The notes beneath the pieces are model-generated. The model worked only from the letters and a program-made list of their open reading frames with translations, searched no databases and was not told the DNA's origin. DNA of 64,000 nt. Source: a virus. Both the position numbers and the translations under genes were made by a program. Positions within the stretch are counted from its first letter, which is position 1. Every line of letters starts with the position of its first letter. The stretch covers positions 5,195-69,194 of the IMG/VR virus record IMGVR_UViG_3300017613_000793. The stretch is one strand, 5' to 3'. Shown piece by piece: positions 1 to 8,739 of the stretch.

Positions 1-219
1 AGTTGTGTCCGTGAATTTTCTCTTGCCAACACCACGCATTTTCTTAACATGTCCTGCTCTCTCCAGTGCTCTCAACTCTGTCCTATTCAATCTAACGCTT
101 GGCTTAAACCTTGCATCATTCACCCTAATAGTTTTGGTAGGAGATATATTAAATATAAATCTTGCCTTATCCAAAGTTGACTGATGTCCTATAATTTTTT
201 CCACTTGTAGTCTTCCCAT
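1..219 (-). CDS. Hypothetical protein, 3'-truncated by the window edge
   Basis: ATG at 219 immediately after the stop of the SLT gene; frame MGRLQVEKIIGHQSTLDKARF... stays open to position 1. Confidence 0.55.
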   Translation of the reverse strand, partial: MGRLQVEKIIGHQSTLDKARFIFNISPTKTIRVNDARFKPSVRLNRTELRALERAGHVKKMRGVGKRKFTDTT

Positions 220-220
220 A

Positions 221-934
221 TTACAATCCATTCATGAAAGTCTTCATCCTCTTTTCAATATCCAACGCATACTTCAAACTGGCCTTTGGTGTTCCACCCT
301 CAATAGCTGTCATCAAATTGCTTACAGCCTGTGTGCTCCAGTTGTATAAACTGAACGTCAACTTCCAGTCACTGTCAGACGCACTGCCGGATGCAATAAA
401 ACTTGTCTGGTAGTCAACCAACCGCTCCAGTCCTAACCTCAAGCTCCACACCGGGTCATACAAATATTCAAGCACCTTGTTCCGGCTGAGTCCATCCAGG
501 TCAAAATATCTATCCAAACCATCAACACCTGTAATAAACATATGCTGTGTTAATCCAATAGCTCCTGCATAAGATTCTGCTTCTGGGTTAAACCTGCTCT
601 CAATGTCAACCCAGGCCATGATTCTCCAATAGTCCAAACCAATGGGAACCTCACCATTTGTGCCATATCTCTGGTGATATTTATACGTGATAAATGATAA
701 CTCCCTGAGTGTCTGAGTATTCATGTAGTCCTCACCCTTTTCAAACCACCTGTCTTCAATCTCTTTATATAAAAGGATTTCATTGGACACACTGTGTAAA
801 GTCTCAACCTCTGAACGTATATCCGTCAAGTCCTTCCTAACTCCGGCATATTCAGTCACCAGAAAAGCTATACCACCACCCACCATTGTTACCATAATCA
901 ACAAAAGCAACACCTTAAAAAATACATCTTTCAT
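221..934 (-). CDS. Lytic transglycosylase (SLT domain) with N-terminal membrane anchor
   Basis: SLT motifs IESRFNPEAESYAGAIGLTQ and LYNW; hydrophobic N-terminus followed by a coiled coil. Confidence 0.85.
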   Translation of the reverse strand: MKDVFFKVLLLLIMVTMVGGGIAFLVTEYAGVRKDLTDIRSEVETLHSVSNEILLYKEIEDRWFEKGEDYMNTQTLRELSFITYKYHQRYGTNGEVPIGLDYWRIMAWVDIESRFNPEAESYAGAIGLTQHMFITGVDGLDRYFDLDGLSRNKVLEYLYDPVWSLRLGLERLVDYQTSFIASGSASDSDWKLTFSLYNWSTQAVSNLMTAIEGGTPKASLKYALDIEKRMKTFMNGL

Positions 935-950
935 ATCACACCTCTATCAT

Positions 951-987
951 ATTATATTAGTTGACATCTCTCTTGTCAATGTCAACT
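951..987 (-). promoter_or_regulatory. Consensus sigma70 promoter overlapped by a 9-bp inverted repeat
   Basis: Minus strand TTGACA(979-974)-17 bp-TATAAT(956-951); inverted repeat AGTTGACAT(959-967)/ATGTCAACT(979-987). Confidence 0.8.
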
Positions 988-1566
988 TTTAGGAACCAAG
1001 CTTGTCACATACCCTTTCCGTCTGTGCAACGCTTTATAAAATCCCCAGTCTATCCATTCCAACCACGGTTTAAATCTACAAAAAATTATCTTCTCAGGTC
1101 CACCAATAACCTGATACACCCCATGTTCAAATATACCAAACAACTCCCGAAGCCTTGCCCGGTCCCTCATCAACATCATCACCAAATCTTCAGTCCTGTA
1201 AAGCTTAAATATAACCACCGGGATTTTACCAGATGCTTGAGCATCACCTTCAGCTTGCTCCATCCAATCATATACCTGACTTGGCTTTCCATAAAGTCCT
1301 GCAAAGATATGCTTCACATTATCATCATGCCAATCTTTACACTCAACAGAAAATGGAAAGCTGTTATCCAACTGCATCTCTTCAGACTTATCCGACATAA
1401 ACTTAAATGGCTGTATATCTCCTGGTGCAATCCTCTTATCCCAACCACCAGAAGATGGTGTCCGTCTAAACTCTCCGTCATCATCTGGATACCACTCACC
1501 ATCAAACAATTTTCCAATACGCCTTTCATGCCGTCCTGACTTTTGCCTCTGTCCACCCTTCTTCAT
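982..1566 (-). CDS. Holliday junction resolvase-like PD-(D/E)xK nuclease
   Basis: ER..I, RTPSSGG, GDI, SVECK motifs typical of phage D14/Hjc-like resolvases; lies next to Rad50/Mre11. Confidence 0.75.
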   Translation of the reverse strand: MKKGGQRQKSGRHERRIGKLFDGEWYPDDDGEFRRTPSSGGWDKRIAPGDIQPFKFMSDKSEEMQLDNSFPFSVECKDWHDDNVKHIFAGLYGKPSQVYDWMEQAEGDAQASGKIPVVIFKLYRTEDLVMMLMRDRARLRELFGIFEHGVYQVIGGPEKIIFCRFKPWLEWIDWGFYKALHRRKGYVTSLVPKS

Positions 1567-1673
1567 CTAATGGCATCCTTTACCAATTTAATAACATACA
1601 CAATCAATCCTAACCATGCCAAAACACCAAGTATTTTTACTACGACAATTGCCCAAATTAAAGCTTCCATTTT

Positions 1674-3590
1674 TTATCCTTGTTCTATCACTGAACCATT
1701 CTCATCCTTCACCACCAAAATTTGATTATCAAAATAATCTCTCAATTCATTCTGATGACTAATAACAAAAATAGCCTTGTCCTTGGACTCTTCACGGAGA
1801 AGGTTTACAACTCTCTCAACACCTGTAATATCCAAGTGCTCAAACACCTCATCAAACACAACAAGGTTACAGTTGTTTGCATTCCGACTAAATATCATGT
1901 TCTGCAGTGCAAGCAAAATTGACACATCAATCCTTCCCTTTTCACCACTGGAACAATTTTCATAGGCCACAACTTCTTCACCGTAGATAATACTCACATT
2001 GAATTTGTCCCTGGTCTCACCGGACTTCAACGTGCTCTCTGTTTTGAACTCAAGCTGAATGTCATCATCCATCAACATGGATGCATAATAGTTTGCTTTC
2101 TTGTTTAGTTCTGGTACAATCTCATCCAGTAGAAAGGACTTGATTCCTTTGTTTCCAAAACCCTCAACCCAAAATTCATGATATTCAAATTCACCTTTGG
2201 TCTTCTCAATGCTTGCTGTCAGGTCTAAAAGTTGCTGTTGAAGTGGCTCCATCTTTTTTAATATTTGCTTCTTACGGTCCTCAATTTCCTTAACCGCTTC
2301 TTCAGTATAACCCTTAATCATTTTTATGTCATTCTGCTTTCCTTCAACCTCTGTGCTCAACCCAAGAATTTCACTCTTCAATGAGTCAATCTTAACAGAC
2401 ATACTTCCCAACTGTGAATCATACTCATGCCTTAAATCAACAACCTCTTTAATCCTCTTGTCAAAGTCAGCCTCAACTTTTTCCCGGTTCTCTTTTGCTT
2501 TTGTATATGCCTGTTCCTCAACCTCACACTTCTTTTTAATAACATCAAGCTCTTCACTAAAGTGGTCCTTCATTTCCGTAATTGATTCTTTTGTAACAGG
2601 TTGCTTACACTTCGGACACCGTGTTCCTTCTGGAACTGTCTCACCCTTCACAATAGCTTCCAACTCAATCATATCCGTTGTCAACAACCTCAAGTTCATA
2701 TAATGGGTGTTTTCTAATTCATTCAACTTTACCATACCACTAGACTTCTTATCTGCCAAAGTTGTTATGGTCTGATACAAAGTGCTGTCATCTTCCTTCA
2801 ATGAAGCCTTATCTTCCTGAAGCTTCACAAGCTTAGAATTATTTTCACCAATACTAATCTGCACTGATTGCATCTCAGCCTTCAACTTCTCTACTTCATG
2901 AAATGCCTTTTCCTTTTTCTTCTTGGCTTCCACAAGCCTTTGTTCCTCTTCACCAACACTGTCCTTATACTGCTCAATAGATGTGAGCACAATGCCCAAC
3001 TTTCCCTCATTCTCCTGCAGTGTAACTTTCAAAGACTTGACATCATCCTTAGCTCTAGCCTGTGCTTCCACATACTGATGGAACATCATGATTTCATCAA
3101 ATATTTCTTTCTTCTCTGCGTCCTTTGCCTGTGTGAATCTACGTGCTTTTTCACCAAAAATAACTGCATTAGAGAATACCAACCAATTCATTCCAAGCAC
3201 TTGGTCAATCATATCCTGGGTGTCATTCATGGTCCCGGCTGTAATGTCCTGCTCACCTTTTAAAAACCTTAATTCATTTGCATTGTCAGAGTCACCACGG
3301 AACCTAACAACTGTGTACTCATGTCCCTCAGATTCCAAAGCCAAAGCAACCATACAGTCTTTTCCAAACTTACGATTTATCACATCATCCTTACCAGTGT
3401 TTCTAATGGTCTTTCCATATAGTGAAAAACACACAGCTTCAAACAGTGCAGACTTACCTGCACCATTGCTATTACTCATAGCCTTACCTGTGACCTCACC
3501 ACCAATAAAATGCAAACCAGTGCTTGGAACACTAAACTCTAGTGTTTCAAATGACATAAAATTTATGGCTTCAATTGCATGTATTCTCAT
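1674..3590 (-). CDS. SbcC/Rad50/gp46-like recombination ATPase
   Basis: Walker A SNGAGKS, long coiled coil with CPKC zinc hook, signature SSGE, Walker B VFDEVF, SH motif. Confidence 0.93.
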   Translation of the reverse strand: MRIHAIEAINFMSFETLEFSVPSTGLHFIGGEVTGKAMSNSNGAGKSALFEAVCFSLYGKTIRNTGKDDVINRKFGKDCMVALALESEGHEYTVVRFRGDSDNANELRFLKGEQDITAGTMNDTQDMIDQVLGMNWLVFSNAVIFGEKARRFTQAKDAEKKEIFDEIMMFHQYVEAQARAKDDVKSLKVTLQENEGKLGIVLTSIEQYKDSVGEEEQRLVEAKKKKEKAFHEVEKLKAEMQSVQISIGENNSKLVKLQEDKASLKEDDSTLYQTITTLADKKSSGMVKLNELENTHYMNLRLLTTDMIELEAIVKGETVPEGTRCPKCKQPVTKESITEMKDHFSEELDVIKKKCEVEEQAYTKAKENREKVEADFDKRIKEVVDLRHEYDSQLGSMSVKIDSLKSEILGLSTEVEGKQNDIKMIKGYTEEAVKEIEDRKKQILKKMEPLQQQLLDLTASIEKTKGEFEYHEFWVEGFGNKGIKSFLLDEIVPELNKKANYYASMLMDDDIQLEFKTESTLKSGETRDKFNVSIIYGEEVVAYENCSSGEKGRIDVSILLALQNMIFSRNANNCNLVVFDEVFEHLDITGVERVVNLLREESKDKAIFVISHQNELRDYFDNQILVVKDENGSVIEQG

Positions 3591-4681
3591 AGGTATTTTC
3601 TCCCTATCTCAATCAACATATCAGCATCCAACTTACCTGCTCTTGCTTCCACATATTTTTCAATGATGTCCTTCCCAGAATCTGCCAATGAAATTGTTGT
3701 CCTCTTAGATGTATCTCTACTGGGTATCTGCATAACTCTTTTATACTTAATTGCCTTAACTTCTTCCGGCATATTAACACCATGTAGAATCACCCGGTAG
3801 AAGTCCGTCTCTGGTTTGCCAACAAACTTTGTGTCCTTCCCTTCCTGGTAAGTCAACGTATGGAACCTGGGAGAACCTGTGTTCTCCATGAACTGTAACT
3901 GATTGTCACCACCACCCTCTACATCTGTGTCCAGTATCCACCATCCGTGTGCTTTCCCTTCATCACTAAAGTTGTGCTCAAGTGGTGCTCCAATACTGAT
4001 GACATTATCCCTGACTCTCAACGTATCATGACAGTGCCCAACAAAGGAATACTTAAACTTCTTTGACAACATATCCGAGTCAAGTCCATTCTCCACAACA
4101 TACCCACCATAGTTGACACCAATGATGTCCTGGTGACCAAAGAAAATTGACTGCTCAAAATCTTCTACAGAAGCCTCTTCAATCTGTGTATTCAATTGAT
4201 TTGTCTTCCTGGTGTATGGGGATGCATATACATAAAGATTTTTCCAAACTGAAATACTTGCTTCCTGACTTATCAAAATCCTGTTCCACCCCTCATTCAT
4301 CACAATAATATTTTCACCCAGTGACTTAGCAACATCCAACAGTGCAGGTTCAGAACCCCAGAGCCTGTAATCATGGTTCCCAGGAAGAAGGTACACACGG
4401 CAAATTCTTGCCATACGTTCCAATGAGTCCATTAACACTTTAACAACCTGTGAGTCCACATTGTTTTTCAAATGTGTAAGGTCTCCACCAAACAATATTG
4501 CATTCAATGGAATGCTTTGAGCATACTCATTGATGCTTTCCATAACTTCCTTCTGATGGTACAGCCTGGAGTTAATACCATCATCTCTAATGTAACTGAA
4601 CTCCCGGAAATTGTGTCCGTGCAGGTCACTGAAAATTCCTATCTTCATTTTGTTACTCTCCACTTGATTATACGATACCAC
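3587..4681 (-). CDS. SbcD/Mre11/gp47-like nuclease (true start probably at MKIGIF)
   Basis: Metallophosphoesterase motifs SDLH, GDL, GNHD, GHCH; adjacent to the Rad50-like gene. Confidence 0.9.
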   Translation of the reverse strand: MVSYNQVESNKMKIGIFSDLHGHNFREFSYIRDDGINSRLYHQKEVMESINEYAQSIPLNAILFGGDLTHLKNNVDSQVVKVLMDSLERMARICRVYLLPGNHDYRLWGSEPALLDVAKSLGENIIVMNEGWNRILISQEASISVWKNLYVYASPYTRKTNQLNTQIEEASVEDFEQSIFFGHQDIIGVNYGGYVVENGLDSDMLSKKFKYSFVGHCHDTLRVRDNVISIGAPLEHNFSDEGKAHGWWILDTDVEGGGDNQLQFMENTGSPRFHTLTYQEGKDTKFVGKPETDFYRVILHGVNMPEEVKAIKYKRVMQIPSRDTSKRTTISLADSGKDIIEKYVEARAGKLDADMLIEIGRKYL

Positions 4682-4783
4682 ATAATTGGGTACTTAAACA
4701 ACCAAAACCACAAACTCTTCCATGACCATGGATTTTCATCCAAGTATTCCACATAGACAAGTGTTACCTCATCATCCCATGGT

Positions 4784-5719
4784 TCAACCTTCTTCCACTT
4801 TGCCACGGTCTTTCTCCTTTAACAGAAGCCTTTCAAATGGTTCCATAAAATGTTGGAACTTATTTAACAATCTCTGAAACCCATACTGGTTCATAATTTC
4901 CAACGCTGAATTGTAAAGCTCATCCACGCTCTTCAACTCACGCTTCTCTTTGTGCTCAAGTATCTCACGTCTTGGCAAATCCATAAACTCCATCAATGTC
5001 CTCATCAACTTCCAGGTGTCATCATTATTTACAAACTTTGTTACCGTAGTAATATCAGTCTTGCTCCAAACATTTTTGTCACCGTGTAAATACTCAATAA
5101 CAATTGAAGCACCTTTGGGTCCGATACCTTTGATTCCTGGAAGAACATCTGAAGGGTCACCAACAATAGCTTTGTAATCCAAGTACGCATCATATGCAAT
5201 GCCTGAATCTTTTTCCCAATTAATTAAATCCCACAACTTCTTCTTCACTGGATTAAAAATCTTTATGTCAACATCCAAATCAAACAACTGGAAATAATCC
5301 TTATCAGTGGTAACCACCACCATCTCAGGAACAACGGCCTGTGCCTTAGCAATGTTTACCAAACTGTTTATAACATCATCAGCTTCTCTTCCTGGAAGCT
5401 TGAACTGAGTCAACCCCAAATTCTTTAATGCATCTCTCAACTGGTCCATCTGCTTATATAGTATCTTTGCTTCCTGTTGCTCAAGCTCTGTCTTCTCTTT
5501 CCGCTTCTTGTACTCCGGGTATAAAGCCATTCTCCGTGGGTCTCTTCCACCATCCCACACCACAGCAACCCGGTCTGGATTAAACTGGTCCAGGTATCCA
5601 CGGACCATATTCATACCTGTGAAAATAGTTTCTGTTCTCTCACCCTCATGAGACATGACTTTACCATGTGCCATGTGAGCAATATTGTTACCGTCAATTA
5701 ATAGTATTTTCATCTTCAA
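4784..5719 (-). CDS. 5'-3' exonuclease/flap endonuclease (phage RNase H type)
   Basis: LIDGNN, YPEYK, EADD, DKD, GDPSD..PGIKGIGPK motifs. Confidence 0.93.
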   Translation of the reverse strand: MKMKILLIDGNNIAHMAHGKVMSHEGERTETIFTGMNMVRGYLDQFNPDRVAVVWDGGRDPRRMALYPEYKKRKEKTELEQQEAKILYKQMDQLRDALKNLGLTQFKLPGREADDVINSLVNIAKAQAVVPEMVVVTTDKDYFQLFDLDVDIKIFNPVKKKLWDLINWEKDSGIAYDAYLDYKAIVGDPSDVLPGIKGIGPKGASIVIEYLHGDKNVWSKTDITTVTKFVNNDDTWKLMRTLMEFMDLPRREILEHKEKRELKSVDELYNSALEIMNQYGFQRLLNKFQHFMEPFERLLLKEKDRGKVEEG

Positions 5720-6119
5720 AATATCCTAATACATCCAAGTCTTTTTCCACCTGTGTCCAGTCCCTGAAATGCAACCCACGGTCATCAATGTAGACATCTG
5801 CAATTGGTTTAAAAATTGATAGAAAGTGGAAATGCAACCCACGAAATTTTAACTGCAGTGTCAACTCTTCCTTAATTTTTTCTGCAGAACCGTTGCCCAT
5901 ATTGTGAACCCACTCTGTATTGGTCCGAGATGTATACAGAATTATTGTGTACCCTGCTTCCCACAACCGCTTCAGAACTCTCCCACAACCCTTCATGGTT
6001 GGGAACCTTTCAATGTCTGCCGGGTTATACGTATCAGGGTTAAATGTACCCTGCATGGAATCTATAATGACTCCATCAATATCCACAGCTACAACTTTAT
6101 GTGTCGGTCTTTTTTCCAC
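5694..6119 (-). CDS. HAD-superfamily phosphatase-like protein
   Basis: VDIDGVI, YTSR, KP.ADVYIDDR motifs. Confidence 0.8.
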   Translation of the reverse strand: MEKRPTHKVVAVDIDGVIIDSMQGTFNPDTYNPADIERFPTMKGCGRVLKRLWEAGYTIILYTSRTNTEWVHNMGNGSAEKIKEELTLQLKFRGLHFHFLSIFKPIADVYIDDRGLHFRDWTQVEKDLDVLGYFEDENTIN

Positions 6120-7062
6120 CTACAATCTCCTTCTCGTATATTTCCGGGAAGTCATCTTTTTGAAACTTGTTCTCACTTCCTGGAAGCCAATACCAACCGT
6201 TCTTTGACTCTTCCACCATCTCATGTCTGATGCAATAATCCAACAGTCCTGAATACTCCTGAATAGGAGTGTCCGTCAGCATCTCAAAATTCACAATACC
6301 GTATGGCCTACACACCTTTGACTTATCAATAATAATCTTTGTCTTGTATCCATCAAGCTCTGTTGTCTGCTTGTTTCTAATCTGCCCTGCAAGCTTACAG
6401 TGCATCCTCATTGATGCTGTAAACTTGATTGCCTTTCCACCAACTGTGTCATACTTCTCACCATACATGACACCCATCTTATCACGTATCTGGTTGATAA
6501 ATATAAGAGCAATCTTGTGCTGATATACATCAGCCATTATCTTCTGCAGTCCTTCACCTATCAACTTTGCACGTCTCATTGCTGTGGTGTTGGTTCCTAT
6601 CTCACCCTCAAGCAACGCCAATCCTGGTGTGATTGCAACACTGTCCCACACAATAGTTAAATATTTGTCAGGGTTCTTTTCCCTCAAACTCTTCACATAA
6701 AATTCAAATACCTCAAACACATCCTCAACACTTCTCAATTGGTCCGGGTCAACATACACCAACTTACTTGGGTCAACCCCTGTGAGGTCTAATAGTCCTT
6801 GGTCAATGGAACGCTCCAGGTCCAGATAGACTGCAATCCCACCAAGCTTGATAGTCTCTGCACAAATGTGCAACGCAATCCTGGTCTTCCCACTTTGAAA
6901 GTCACCGTAAATCTCTGACAACTTCCCTGCAGGAACACCACCACCTGTTATAATATCAAGTGCTTTGTTCCCGGTTGGAACTCTAAACTTCACAAAATCT
7001 TTGAGATGTGAAGTGAGGTCCACCGTTTGAATAGTGGACCTCTTCTTCCTTTTTTCTACCAC
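6097..7062 (-). CDS. recA: RecA/UvsX recombinase
   Basis: GGGVPAG, Walker A GDFQSGKT, WDSVA, FINQIR, GGKAIKF motifs. Confidence 0.92.
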   Translation of the reverse strand: MVEKRKKRSTIQTVDLTSHLKDFVKFRVPTGNKALDIITGGGVPAGKLSEIYGDFQSGKTRIALHICAETIKLGGIAVYLDLERSIDQGLLDLTGVDPSKLVYVDPDQLRSVEDVFEVFEFYVKSLREKNPDKYLTIVWDSVAITPGLALLEGEIGTNTTAMRRAKLIGEGLQKIMADVYQHKIALIFINQIRDKMGVMYGEKYDTVGGKAIKFTASMRMHCKLAGQIRNKQTTELDGYKTKIIIDKSKVCRPYGIVNFEMLTDTPIQEYSGLLDYCIRHEMVEESKNGWYWLPGSENKFQKDDFPEIYEKEIVGGKKTDT

Positions 7063-7063
7063 A

Positions 7064-8197
7064 CTAATCCGCTTTGTTCTTTATCTTGGCAAGCTTGGCC
7101 TTGAGTCCTGTCAGCTTCTCATCAGTCTCTTTAACCTTTTTTGCCTGTGGCTCTGGAGCTTTTTCCTTCTCAGGTTCAGGTTCCTTTGTGGCAGTTTCCG
7201 GCACTGTTGTTGTTACAGGTTCTGCCGGAGTTTCAACCTTTGGTTTGGCCTTATTCTTTTCCTGCTTTGGTGGTTTGGTATCCAGGTCTTCTTTACCGTC
7301 CTTTACTTCTTCAGCTTCCTGCTTGTCCTTCTCCAGCTTCCGTTGCTCTGCCCAATGTTCCTTCAGCATCTCACGCATCTCTTCACGCTCTTTACGACTT
7401 CCAAAAGTTTTGATGTGTGCAACTTCTTCATCAACTCTGTAGGATACGTTCTCCTGATTGTTAGGATTCAATGGGGTAATCTGTTCAACCCACTGCTCAA
7501 GCTGTTCCTGGGTTCCCAACTCCACATAGTCTGTTGGAACTGCATTGTATTGATTCATGGGTAATTGGTTCTTATCATAAATCACAATGATGTCCCTGCC
7601 CGGTTTAGTAATTTTTCCGTTCTCATCAAAATCATCAAAAATATCTGAAGACCGTCCACGGCTTGAAACTATGCTGATGATTTTAGTCCACAAAGAAATG
7701 GGTGATTGAAACAACTTCACAGTGTCATCAATAACACGCTCTGTCTTTCCCTCTTTATGATAGGTGGTGTACTTCACACCTAACACATTAAAAATACCAC
7801 GTCTCTGTGGTCTGTAGAAATTGGCTTTTTCCATAAGTTGCTTCCTGGCTTCCTTACCGGATTCAGCCTTAGCAATCTCAAGCCGTCTTTCATACTCTTC
7901 ACATCCTGCACACTTCTCACCATACACAATCTTCATGCAGGTGTACTGTTCAAAGTCGGTAGGTCCATATCTCAGGAAATGTCGTGCTGTAGTAATGTTG
8001 TACTCAGCATCTTCCTGAGTTGCAGGTAGAATCCTGATACCAACTTCTTCAGTTATAGTATCATCATTCCGTAAATCTTCCTTGGCGATTGCCTTCCAAA
8101 ATCTACTTGTAAAATCTTGTCCTCTGCTTTGTCTTTCCTTTTCAACTTCCAATAGTTCTCGGTCTCTGTCAAGGTTTGGTTTTGTAAATAAACTCAT
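7064..8197 (-). CDS. Single-stranded DNA-binding protein (gp32-like)
   Basis: IRILP, H...C..C..C zinc motif, GRDI motif, long charged C-terminal tail; located between UvsY and RecA. Confidence 0.7.
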   Translation of the reverse strand: MSLFTKPNLDRDRELLEVEKERQSRGQDFTSRFWKAIAKEDLRNDDTITEEVGIRILPATQEDAEYNITTARHFLRYGPTDFEQYTCMKIVYGEKCAGCEEYERRLEIAKAESGKEARKQLMEKANFYRPQRRGIFNVLGVKYTTYHKEGKTERVIDDTVKLFQSPISLWTKIISIVSSRGRSSDIFDDFDENGKITKPGRDIIVIYDKNQLPMNQYNAVPTDYVELGTQEQLEQWVEQITPLNPNNQENVSYRVDEEVAHIKTFGSRKEREEMREMLKEHWAEQRKLEKDKQEAEEVKDGKEDLDTKPPKQEKNKAKPKVETPAEPVTTTVPETATKEPEPEKEKAPEPQAKKVKETDEKLTGLKAKLAKIKNKAD

Positions 8198-8238
8198 GTT
8201 TTTACTCCGTTAATAGTATAGTTTTTTTTCACGTTTCT

Positions 8239-8691
8239 TTACTCCTTTTTAAAACGTTCTTTGTTAATATGAATATCCGGGTCTCTCTGTGCTCTCATGT
8301 TTGAAGCCAAAGCAATTACAGATTCCTTCCTGTGATTGAATGACTCTTTAAGTCCTTTAAGAATACCCACAGCTTTCTGTTTTTGAATAATGTCCATCCT
8401 TTGTAATTGGTAAGAACTGTTCAACAGAATTTTTGCCTGGATGCTTTTCTCCGTTGGCTTCTTTCCATCCACCAAGTCAAGCCTTATATTTGCATCAAGC
8501 TCTGCTTCCAGAATCTCCAATGCAAGCTTTGACTCACCCAAGTCTTCCTGTGCCTTCTCAGCAAGGACCGCATAAAAAGCAAATAAAGTCGGTTGCTTCT
8601 TTAGGTCTTCATTGATTGTCTCTTCATGTAGTTCAAGCTCTGAGAGATAATCAAGTTCAACGTCTTCACCGTTGATGTTAAGTTTTATCAT
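8239..8691 (-). CDS. UvsY-like recombination mediator
   Basis: Helical protein with KPTEKSIQAKI and F.HRK motif; synteny with SSB and RecA. Confidence 0.65.
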   Translation of the reverse strand: MIKLNINGEDVELDYLSELELHEETINEDLKKQPTLFAFYAVLAEKAQEDLGESKLALEILEAELDANIRLDLVDGKKPTEKSIQAKILLNSSYQLQRMDIIQKQKAVGILKGLKESFNHRKESVIALASNMRAQRDPDIHINKERFKKE

Positions 8692-8709
8692 ATAATTTCT
8701 CCATGCCTT

Positions 8710-8739
8710 ATAATACTCTAAAAAATATATTTATGTCAA
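8710..8739 (-). promoter_or_regulatory. sigma70-type promoter, 18-bp spacer
   Basis: TTGACA(8739-8734)-18-TATTAT(8715-8710) upstream of the UvsY-like gene. Confidence 0.7.
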
